Source: Dipteris shenzhenensis (taxonomy: Eukaryota). From it: a stretch of 64,000 nucleotides of DNA. Positions 27,261 through 38,960 of this stretch are shown here, piece after piece. The stretch lies in the NCBI GenBank assembly GCA_047967505.1, contig CM106538.1; one strand, 5' to 3'. The notes under the pieces were generated by a model. The model made no database searches and had not been told where the DNA came from. It saw nothing but the letters and a program-made list of their open reading frames with translations. The first letter of the stretch is position 1, and every line of letters begins with the position of its first letter. The position numbers and the translations under genes were made by a program.

Positions 27261-30093
27261 GAAGAAAAAACCAAATCTATTGATATAGCTATATTGTTGA
27301 CCCATGCACTCTCAAGAGAGAGCTTAGATGGTGATTTAGATAGATGCTAGATGGAGGACTATGAACACTAAATATTTGAGATAACTCAAGACAAGAGGGG
27401 CAACTATTATGGGGGCTACCACCCCCCAGACCCCTCTATTTCTTGGGGGGGCTATGGGGCCCCATACCCCTCTATTTATTTGGAGGGCTATGGGGGCTAC
27501 CACCCACCAGACCCCTCTATTTATTTGGGGGCCTAGCTAATCCCCTCCCAAACCCCCATCAAGGCTGTTATCAAGTTCTATCCCAATCGATCATGCCGAC
27601 TCCACATAGGTTGCCTCATAACTATCTGGTCTACAAACTAGGAACCCCGTCCAATGTCTCTCCAATGTCTACAATAGGGACCTTTAGAAGTCATACTCTC
27701 AATCCAACTATAGATAATATACAAGCCAACTACAGATCGTACACTATCAATTCAATTATAGATTGTATATTATCAAGCCAATTGTAGATTAATTGTATAC
27801 AACTTGTAGCATTAGGTCGAGGACCATTGCATGCCCCAGATCCTCAGCTATGGGGTCTACTAACCCTTAGAACCCTCTATTTGGTACCAATTATTTTCCT
27901 TTTCATGGGTTGATCAACCAAGTCTCAAGTGTTTTTAATGATACTGTCATACTCAAATTGCATGGAAGCTTTCCAGTTTGGATTTGCAATAGCTTCATCC
28001 AAACTTGTACGCTCCTTAACCTTCATAATCGAGGATTTTCAAATTGCGTTAACTATTATTCATGAACATCATTTTCATTCCTGTGAAAATAACGTGATCA
28101 TATTGGTAGCCTAAAAAATTCACTAGTGAATTGGGTAATCATACTACTGGTAATACGTATAATATCAATGGTAATGTGTACAATATTGGTACTAATTATG
28201 TATATACCCATGGCATATTTAAAAACTTGTTTATACATGTACTATTGTTAGTGGTATAAGTGCATAAATCAATGGTATTAGGGCTTGTATTGTTGGTAGT
28301 TTTGACTAACTTTCCTGCCCATTTCATGCACATAGAAACCTTCAAAGTTGCAAGTGCTCTTCATTTGGCAAGATTGCAAGGTGGAGACATATTTTATACT
28401 ATGTATCTTGTGGTTGGACCCCTTGCAATGTGGCTCTTTGGTCAATACATTCTTGCCTTAACTATGTCTTCAATTCGGTTAAGCTCACTATTTGTGCAGC
28501 TTGTTTGCCAAAAAAAAGACACTATTTGTATAGCTTGGGCTACTATGACCTTGAGTCATATGCCACTTCATCCATCATTGTGTTCTTATGCCATTCAATC
28601 TCCCCAAAATGTGCTTTGTTTTCATCACAAATCCTCTACAATTGGTTCTCCACCATTCTCTTGCACTTCGACCAATGCATGTGAGAGCATCTCTCATGTT
28701 ATCGCAATGTTTGTGTGAGGCCTTACATGTCTATTGCTATGTAAAGAGATATTTATGGGGACTTCTTTCACAAAGTGCCAAAATAACTTCTTTGTGAAGT
28801 ATAGAGGGACATATCCATGGTAAAGGGCTCTTTACCACACACATTGAAGTAAATATTGCCTACTCTGATCTCCGAGTTCTTATAGTCACTAATTTTCCAT
28901 CTGTCATGCCACCCAATAGGGTGATCACTGGATGTCTATCATGCCACCCAATAACGATGTCAAGTGCCTTTCCCTTCTTTCACTTCCCTCACCTTGAGAA
29001 TGCTCTGCCTGTGCCTCTACATATACCAGCCAAATGGTCAAGACATCCTCCTTGGACTTTAACCTTTTGATGTCATTCCATTGTGAGCCCTTAGGATTTT
29101 CCCACTATGAGTTTGTTGGATGACATCCGAAAAGCATGAAAGGAGTGCAGTGGCAATCATTCACATCTACTCATAATGTATGAGCATTACACATGCATGC
29201 TCCTCTTCTTCTCGATCCTCTTGTCTTGTCAAAGGTCTCTTTCCTCCTCTTCTAGCTCTGTCATCATGAGGTGACTTGTCTCTTGAAATCTTCAACAGTG
29301 CTGTGTGAAAGTTCAAGGAAAAGACAGGTGCACACAAGGTATCTTGAGGTATTTTGCACGCATAAATTCATGCCAGTTTTAACACATACAATTCTATAAA
29401 TGTGCATAAGATACAAGCAAGTTATAGCGCTTCCAAATGTAACATGCAATACATGTAACATGACGTTGAATGCATGCATGCAACACGATACAAGATGCAT
29501 CATGCACATTGATTGTAAGACAAGCATGCGATACATATTGCATGCATGCGAGATGCAAATAATTGAAGTACATGCTATAGTTCAACATGTGGGGTATTTT
29601 TACTTATGACAAGAGTAAATTTATGCAATATTTTAAAATTAATAGGTAGGGTGCATTTATTCCCCAAGTCCCAGAAGAAAAAAACTTGAACTTTTCGTTT
29701 CAAAACACCTAGATAAGCCAAACTGTTGAAATTTTTGTTGAGTTAACCTTCATTTTACACCACCACCAAAGACATTGAACTCTTGGGATTCATACTATTG
29801 TTAGGAGGTGATCCTAACTGGTTTCCAAATAGCACTTGTGTTAGCCTTGTCACTCCTAGGTTAGGGTGATTTGGGGCTCAAACTCCCTGAGTGCCCTCAC
29901 ACCTTCACGTATTTGTGGTCATGCATGATGCATGAGACTCAAACCTGGAGTGGCGAGACTCAGCTTTGTCAAGACACTTAATGGTAACCCTGTCCCGGGA
30001 TGATATTTGGGGGAACAAACTCCCTGAGTTTGAGCTGTCTTCTTGTAAGAAAACAATACAACGTCTGTGCTCAACAGATAATAGGATCTCGTA

Positions 30094-33000
30094 TGCAAGA
30101 GAGAAAAATAGATAGTATGGAGAATAAAAAATTTGATTACTATAAAACTAATACAATAGATGGTGCTACCTCCCAGCCGTGCACTCCTGTGAGAGAAGCT
30201 TTGATGGCATGCTGGAAACAGTAGAGGACGGAGGCTGGATGCTAAGGAATCAGGGTTGCTATAGCAAGTGATGATGATGGGCTTCATGGGCTTGCTCTTA
30301 TATAGCCACCAGTCATAGTCGGCTAGACCCAATTGGGTGACCGACCCAGTCCAGCCAAAACGACCTCGGTCGGCCACCGACCACATGATAGAACTGTGGC
30401 ACAAAATAGAGCAACTAACCTACGGTCTCCACCATCTAGGATCATCGGGGGCTCTAAATGAGCCCCACAACCTGAGAGTGCCTCGAGAAATGCTCCGTCT
30501 ACCCTTAGTGCAGTCAGTGATGGGATGCCTTCCCGCACTTGCATGTAGCCTAGTTGGCAGTGTGTGAACTCTATCTGAAGCTGTCCAGCCATCAGGCCAC
30601 ACATGGCTCCCATCTAGTGTCCAAAAACCAAGACCTACCAGATAACTGAGCTACTCAAATGCCTTCTCCTCATATGGGGGCTTACAAGTAGAGTTAGCTG
30701 GTTCCCGTGTAGTTACACGAGAGTGGAGCATTGATATCTAACACCCCCCCAATATGTCCACCCGCAAGTGAACTTACTTTTTCGGCCCAACGCCATGATG
30801 AGCTCGCGTACAAAGTGATATTGAATCTCAATGTGTTTTGTGCGAGCGTGGAACACAAGGTTCTTTGCAATCGCCATGCAACTCTGATTGTCACATGATA
30901 ACTGCGTAGGCATGTTCTGCACTACACCCATGTCCCCTAAAATCCTCCTCAACCACACTGCCTCACAAGAAGCAAAACATGTTGATTTGTACTCAGCCTC
31001 AGTAGAAGAAAGAGCAACTATAGGTTGCTTCTTGCTGACCCATGACACAGCTCCAGATCCAAGTGAGAAATAGTAACCTGTCACTGGTCTCCTACTGTCC
31101 ACGTCTCCTGCCCAATTCGAGTCACAGAATCTGGTCAAGATGTTGCCCTTGGTATAGATGATGCCATAATCAAGTGTGCCTTTGATGTATTTCAGCACCC
31201 GCATCCCTGCCCTCCAATGGTTCTCTCGGGGCTTATTAGAAAACCTGCTTAGCACACCAGTCACAAAACTGATGTCCGACCGTGTGTTGCACAAGTAAAT
31301 CAAATTGCCGACAAGCCTTCTATACTTTGCTTCGTCCACCAGTGGTGATGAATCCTCGTTTGAGAGCTTCACGTCAACCTCCATAGGGGTGCCAACTGTC
31401 TTGCACTTAGCCATGCCAAATGCCTTCAGTATCTCTCTAGCATACTTCGGCTATGAGATGAAGATCTGTTTTGGCTCTTGCCAAACTTCAATCCCCAAAC
31501 AGAAATGCATCAGTGTCATTTCAAACTCTCTTCCTAGCAAATGCTTTGTCTACGAGATCTTCTCTTCATGGTTCCATGTTATGACAAGGTTGTCCACATA
31601 AAGGACCATGATCATACACCTGCCTCCTTTGTAGTTATACAAATTTGCATCAGATGGGCTCCTCCTGAACCCATTTTGCAAAAAGTAGGCATCAATCCAC
31701 TGGTACCATGCTCGTTGGGCCTGTTTTAGCTCGTAAAGTGCTTTCTTTAGTTTATAGACTTTATCTTCTGAATCGGGGATCACAAAACCTGTAGGTTGTT
31801 CCACATATACCTCCTCCTTGAGATCTCCATTTAGAAAGCCGGATTTTACATCCATCTGAAACAGGGGCTAGCTTTCTCTTCTAGCATTTGAGTAGAAGAC
31901 AGTTTCTTTTCAAGTTCCTCCTGAAGAAGATGCACCACCATTTCTCTGCTCTTTAGAAATTAGAAGAGCAATCAACTCCTCAAAATAAGGAAAATTCTCA
32001 CAGATAGACGGAATTGTGCATAATCCTTTTGTAGACCATTCAAGGTCACAGAAACTAAATCATCATCTTCCACTGGTGACCCAATAGAAGCAAGTGCATC
32101 TGCAATCTTCTTCACCTTCATGTGGTAGTCATTGATGCTCATATTTTCTCTCTGCACATTATGCAACTCCTGCTTGAGCGCTGCATTTTCCTGGCTTGCA
32201 TATTTTTGCTATACATTTTTGTCGAAGTATCCCACACCTCCTTTGGTGTGCTTGCATCTTGAATATGCACAATCATAGAATCTAAAATACTGATAAACAG
32301 CCAGTACATAACTTTCCTAGCTCTCTCATGCCAGCCTTTAAATGCTTGCAACTCTTGTTGATTGGGAACATTAGGAATAACTGGTTCTTGTCCAGCTCTA
32401 GTAATGAACTCCCAATAGCCTTTTCCCTTAAGGAAATTCGTCATTCTAAACTTCCATGCTTGGACATTGTTCTTGTCAAGCTTTTCAGTGACTATCAGTG
32501 AAAGAGCATCAGATGCCATTACAGAACACTGCGAAATTATTTTGTCACTGCAAAAAACACAACTTCTACCTCACAAGGGCAAATCTGCAAAACTGACGAA
32601 AGTGGTATTTAACCATACAGTCACTTCCTAGTGACGATTTTGCATCAACAGGCAATAGGAATGATTTTGTCATTCCCAATATCTCTGTGCACAGGCATAC
32701 AATGCAATTTTTGTGGTAACTTTTCACCGACCTGCAGAACAGTGGTCACACAACAAAAACAGTGCACTTTTCTGAGTGCTTGCGAAAAACTTCCACCACC
32801 AAAATGGGCACCAAAATGGCCTCTCGCCACACTATGAAGGGCATCCCAATCTGAGAAGTGCACCTTTGCACTTTCTGGCTATGCTACTTGCCTCTGATTT
32901 GCTCCCAAACTCGAAAAAGGAAAGCAACACTGATCCTCTTACCAAGACACCGTGAACTTGGTTTGCTTTCTTGAGCTCCTTACCATGAATCGAGCTTTGA

Positions 33001-33363
33001 TACTATGTGAAGAGAGTGGGAGAGAAGTAAGGAGTCTCACTTGTAGCTTTCTCACATACACAATGGTGGAATACACACAAAGGTGGAGGCTAAAAATAGT
33101 TTTCCTCTTCTTAGTTGTGAAAGCCAAAAGAACTCTCTCTTAGTACAAAAGGAATAGGTGAACCCTATATGTGGGTCTCAAACCAAACTCAGCTAACCTA
33201 GGTGGCATACTAACTGAGCCACTAACTAGAGTACATAAAGATAGCTGTCATCCAGCTATTATTCATGGGTGGTGTACCAACCGCATCTGCAGCTAACAAG
33301 TCGGTGACATAAATGCACAATGGTCACCCTGGCATATCACGAGTGGAGATCGATATCTCAACA
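30094..33363 (-). mobile_element. Internally deleted Ty1/copia element (gag joined to partial RT/RNase H)
   Basis: 5' LTR 33363-33006; PBS-like TAGTATCAAAGC 33005-32994; gag ORF 32139-32519; [14 protein letters not shown]...YVDN; RNase H DSNWAGD...SSTEAEY...TKHIE; PPT (G7) at ~30744-30752; 3' LTR starts TGTTAGATATC at 30743, left end uncertain. Confidence 0.88.
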
Positions 33364-33499
33364 TCCCTAGTGGGACATGCCTTAGTGGCAACCAGGTCCT
33401 CCTTGCCTGGTATATCGCCTCTTGCCAGTGTTTTCATAGAGTGTACATTGGGCAGCTCCAATGGTTGGTTCAGAATGTTTGGTTCACAACGTTCTTTGG

Positions 33500-34800
33500 G
33501 CAAAATCTGATGGCATGAGGAATACTAGAGTCTATTTCGCTTGGCAGTCATGCCACAAGAATTGGGAGGCTTGGGCATCATTGATCTGAAGATGCACAGC
33601 AGAGCCCTCTTGGGCAAGTTGGTTGTGTGCGGTCTCACTCCAGGTGCAGAGCTTGGAAGCTCCTCTTACAATGAGAGCTTCTCAGGAACACCCCACATGG
33701 GGAAGCGGCAGCATATGTTGTCCTCTAGAGGAGAATGAGGAGCAAGGCTATTAAGAGGGACCACCTCATGGACTAAATGCTCTGACCCTGTATCCAGTAA
33801 GCTGGGGAGACCTCATCAATCTGGAATGCATGTCCTCCATTAGTCAACCAGGCCATGATACCCCAAGTGTAGTCCCTCTAAAGACTCTGCATATGGGTAT
33901 AATCTTGAGGGCTCCCATCCAAATCCTTAATGTGCTATGATAGCTCTAGAGGCAGTGAGGGATCATCTCCAAAAAACTAGCAGGGTAGCAACAATGACAC
34001 TGCACCTCCACCCGCATCTACTCTAACCATGGGCCCATGGGCAAGCCTCCATGGGTGGCCAGCTAGAAGAAGTAGGAGATATTCTTCAGCTAGAAATTGG
34101 ACTATAACCACATCAAAGACCTAGAACTAACATCCTCTCTAGGCCACCCAATTCCTCTCCCTCGAAGGGGTCCAAATTCAAGAGTCCATCTGAAGCCTCC
34201 TGCCAATCTGTGTGGTGTAGGAAAAGAAGGGTAGATCATCCACCTTCCCCTGGAGGGCTAGAACCACTCTTGCAGATCCCACTGGCAAGGGTTTACCCTC
34301 CCAAAGATAGAGGTGCCATTTTGGGGTCATCCTGCTCTGGGATACTGGGAGGATCAATGTGCCACTCCTTCCCCAAACGTCCCACCACTCTGATCATCTG
34401 CCAATAAATCCCATCCATCTCTGGGTCTCTCTCAGTGAGTGCCTGGAGTAGGCCTCTAGTCCCTACATGGAAAAAACTTGGTTGCTTGTGGTGCCTCGCT
34501 GCATCATCATCCTCAAGGGGACACCAGCCCAAGAAAATTGACCCAACCATGTGTTGTTTATCCACACATGAAGTGCATCCCACTAGGGATGGCTAGGTCA
34601 ATCTCTCTCATCAACTGCCCTACCCCTTACAAATGTGCTAGGGCATCAAACCTCACCTTTGCCTCCATGGTTAATCTTCTCTACTTGCCAAAGAAGCTAG
34701 CCAATCCGCTGTCCCACTGTGCCCAATCAATGTGACTCCATTGCCCGAGAATACATCCATCCTGATCCCTAATCTCTGGGTGCCAAATAGGGGCTGACGC
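33500..34800 (+). mobile_element. Decayed LINE post-RT fragment
   Basis: MPQELGGLGIIDL...ALLGKLV (33541-33640) is the typical LINE GGLG motif; Trp/Cys-rich remnants at ~34440-34750. Confidence 0.55.
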
Positions 34801-35666
34801 TCAAACTCCTCTTTGCATTAGGGCCGTGCATGAATGAGGCCCCTTGCTAATCTTTGCCAGACCCTATGTAGGCTCCTCCCCATAAGGGGGGCCTTTGATA
34901 AGATCCATCTGTGTGACTCACGGTCTCATCAATCAAACAAACCCCTATCAAGAGTCCACACAGAGTCAACATACACTAGGTGACTCTAGTATTCCAATCC
35001 AAGGGTCCAATGGGTTAGCATATGCATGTTAGTGCATCAAATCCCTAATCATGTAAGAAAAAGGTAAAGGTCCACCTCTCACTATGTCATTTTTATTCCC
35101 ATCCTCATTGTCCAAAGGTCAAATAAGGCTGAGTTAGAGTCAATAAAATGTCAACAAATATTAAGGAAGGTTAAAAATGTCCAAATACTCCTTAAATAAC
35201 AAAAAATAGTTAATGAGAATGAAACACTCAATCAAGAAAAAATCATCACATGCTAAATTAGTCACTTAGTACGTGTTGAATTGCTAATTCAATGATGTGC
35301 TAAAATGCTAATAAGGTGCTTGGGGTAATTCAATGCACATGGAAATGGTAACTCAATATGCATGGAGATATTAACTCATCACCATAATAATTTATTCCAC
35401 GCAAGTTTAAATAAGCTAATTTAGTGCATGGTGAAATAGCAAATTGTGGAAAAACCCACCCCATGGGCCAAAAATGTGTTGGAGTTGCAAGAAGGATTGA
35501 GCAAGTGAGGCAAAAGAGAGAGTTTATTCAAGAGAGACAAGCCCAATGTATAGGCTCCAGTTACATCTAGTAGTGACATCACATGTGAGCTTAGTAGAGC
35601 ATCTAGATCCACAATTCTCTCAATCAGCTCCATGGTTCTCTCAATCACACACCACACACCTAGATT

Positions 35667-37471
35667 CACTCAATCACACCTACTAACACATGTTCACACA
35701 CTCACAACCTTAGACCTTAGGACTCTAGATCCCATTACATCAATTTGTCCTTCATTCCCCCCCACAAATTGATGACCTCAACCCTAGCAATAGTCCATGG
35801 GAAACTTCACAATCTGCCCACCTGTAGTGGTAACACACATGATCCACAACCTGGTACTCACTCTAGTTGCATCAGCAGTAGACTCATTTGGGCATCCTCA
35901 TCCATGATCTCACTCTGACTTTACTTTGTTGGTTTACAATTGGGAGATAGACAATGACTATGCATGGGAATACCCTTAGATCCAACAAGGTAATACATAA
36001 GACTAACAATCGTTTTAGGGGGACATCCTAAGGTAGAGAACCCTTATTGAGTCTTGACTACACATACAAAAACATTCTAAGTGGAAGATGTGGGGAAATA
36101 CCCCCCTTTGATGGCATGTCTTGTCCTTTTTCTCCTTCTCTTCCAAGCTACCATAGTGTGAGGTTCATTGTCATTGGAGAGGTTCTTGGTGTAGCCAATG
36201 TGTAGCTCCTTTGCTCTTTGTCCTTGTCCACACTCTTTAATGTATCTTGTCATATTTTGCAATACAAGTCCTTCACCTTCTTTGAGTGTCCAAGCCATAA
36301 AAATATTTTGTGAATCATATGGGCTGAAGAGGCTCTTACCACTTGTCATGCAAGGGCAGTGTCTACTCTTGTACAAGAGGTGGTCATGATTGTATGGCAA
36401 GGTATAGTCAACCAAATGCAAGTACATTTCATACATCATGAAAGATACTGAAACCATAACTAAGACATCTTCAAAATAAGAATCATAATGGTTGTAGTTG
36501 AAACCTTTGTTCCAATCATATCCATTGGAAATCATCATGCAAGTCATGATATATCCTTCCTTCATGTAGGCTCTTGTCATAGTCAACCCACACTAGTCAA
36601 CTAGTCAACAAGATAGTATGACTTGAAATCCACTTCAAAGTACCATAACCTCAATATAAAATATGAAAAATGCATTCAACTGAACTTCAAAAAGCATTCT
36701 CACAACTAAAAAAGCAATCTCTGAATCGCTGATCTATACTTTAACTCCTCAAGCATCACCTTAGCATTTAGTGTAGCATCAAACTTCAAAAATAGTCTAG
36801 AAATGCCAGAAAGCATAGGAACCTTGGAGGATTGCTACCTCACTCCAAAAAGCATCAAGAAGAGGGAATTTGCTGTGCAATCAAAGGTACTTGGAAGTAG
36901 AAGACTCAGTGCAAGTCTCAAACCAAATGAAGCTTCACACCACCAGGGGAAGTAGTATCTTCTCCACCTCCAAAAACCATGTCTCTTCTTCAAAACCCAA
37001 CTGGTTTTGCCTTAGTTTCTCCTCATTCCCTTGACCATTTTCCCTAAGAATTCACCAACAGGTAGCCCATAGAGTCACCTAAGTGCACCTCAGACCATTT
37101 TTGAAATGCTAGCTCCAATAAGCTAAATTGATAGAAATGGCATAGGATGAAGCAAGTATCAGCATGGGCTATAGAAGGACAATTTCCAAAAACCCTTTGG
37201 AGTAGAAGTGCGCCTTTATGAGGGGAATCTATGGCTGAAATGGTTTGGAGAATGGTTGCCTACATTGGGAGAACAAGCACTTGAAAATTTTTCTCAAAAG
37301 AGGGAAAAATGGAGAAGAAGAGAGTGTGAGGAAGAAGATGATGACATGGCACCCGAAAACCTATATTCACTCAATCACACCTATTGACACCTATCTAGGC
37401 ACACCATGTGTTCACACACCCACAACCTTTGACCTTAGGACTCTAGATCCCATTACATCAATTTGTCCTTC
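35667..37471. repeat. ~90-100-bp direct repeats ~1.7 kb apart (possible LTR ends)
   Basis: cactcaatcacacct...gaccttaggactctagatcccattacatcaatttgtccttca at ~35667-35754 and ~37368-37471. Confidence 0.75.
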
Positions 37472-38375
37472 AAAATGTTGAATTAGTAATCATACCCAGG
37501 TTCTACCAAAATTTCCCCGGAAATCCTATCATCTTTTTGCATCCTATTTCCAACTTTCAAAACTACAAATCTTTATTTCCTCTAGCTTAAATGAATCCCT
37601 CATTAATCTTTTTAGAATCTATCACATTTTTGACAATATGGAATCCTTCACTTCCTATGATGGTACTGTGAGTCTCGCCACTCCCTCTACCGGCCTCATC
37701 ACCACTTCACTACTCCTACTAGCCTCACCACCCCTTCTACTACTCCCTCTACTATTGTGTCTCCCTCTACTTCCATAGCCCCATCACCATATATCCCTCC
37801 CTCTATCTCTTTCTCCATGCCAAGCCATATCATTGATGAAGAGTTGAATCCCAAACCTAAGCCTCAACAAAATACCCAAAGGAGTCTAGTCAACAATCCA
37901 CAACATGCCCAACAAAGAGAATAAATATGACCATAATGGTAGCCCCTCTCTATCCCATAGGAAGCCCTTAGTTTTATATTGAGATAGACCTTGCCATGGA
38001 ACTTCGTGAAACTCTAGTCACCCTAAGCTAATAGGAATGGCTCTATCTTCAAGGAATATCCCCTCAGATATAAAAACTTCCACATTCCTATTTCTTGTGT
38101 GGATAAGCCACACAAAACCAAAGTGGACTATCAAAGGTAGGGCAAAAAACCAAGACATGGAGAAAACTGCAGAAATAGGGATAGATAACAATTCAGACTA
38201 GAAGGTAGAGGCTCAAAAGAAACCTATTGTATAGTAAGAAAAGGAGAGAGTGACTTTTCCTTTGGCAACCAACAATACTTTTGAGGCTCTTATTGACAAA
38301 GAAACTAAGAAGTGGATTCAAGATGCACAAATGGAGGAAGCTGAAATCAAACCTAGATGGTTTAGAGAGTTTGAG

Positions 38376-38409
38376 CATTAGGGGAAAATTGGGGTCTCAA
38401 AAGGGCCTT
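38376..38409 (+). repeat. Left terminal inverted repeat
   Basis: cattagggga-aaattg-gggtctcaaaagggcctt; 10-bp and 18-bp blocks identical to the right TIR, 6-bp spacer. Confidence 0.92.
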
Positions 38410-38960
38410 AAAAGGAATGGATTAACCTCCTAGGTGGGAACCAAAAAATTCAAAATTCAAAATTTGAATTTTGAATTCCCTCCCTCATTCTCTCTCCTCC
38501 CTCCCTCGCTCCCTCCCCCTCATCCCTCCCCCTCCCTCACTCCCCCTCCTCACTCCCTCCTCCCCCTCCCTCCTCCTCCCCCTCCCTCTCTCCCTCCTCC
38601 CCCTCCCGTCTCCTCCTCTCCCCCTCCTCACTCCCTCCTCCCCCTTCCTCCTCCTCCCCCTCCCTCCCTCCCTCCTCCATGCCTGCTCCTTCTGCCCTCC
38701 CCTTCCCTCCCTCCCTCCATGCCTACTCCTCCTGCCCTTCCCCTCCCTTGCTCCTCCTCCCCCCTCCCTCCTACTCCTCCCTCCTCCTCCATGCCTACTC
38801 CTCCTCACCCTCCACACCTACTGGTCTGCCCCCATTTCCTCCTCTTCAACTACTGGTTCTCCCTCACCCTTCCCTCCTCCTCCTCGCCCTCCCTCTTCCT
38901 TCGTGCTGCTCCTTCAAGCCTACATCTCCACACCTTCTCCTTCTCTGCACTCCTTTAGTC

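Noticed and set aside
28260-29200. ORFs of 69-152 aa
   Set aside because: No recognisable domain on either strand; likely decayed repeat.
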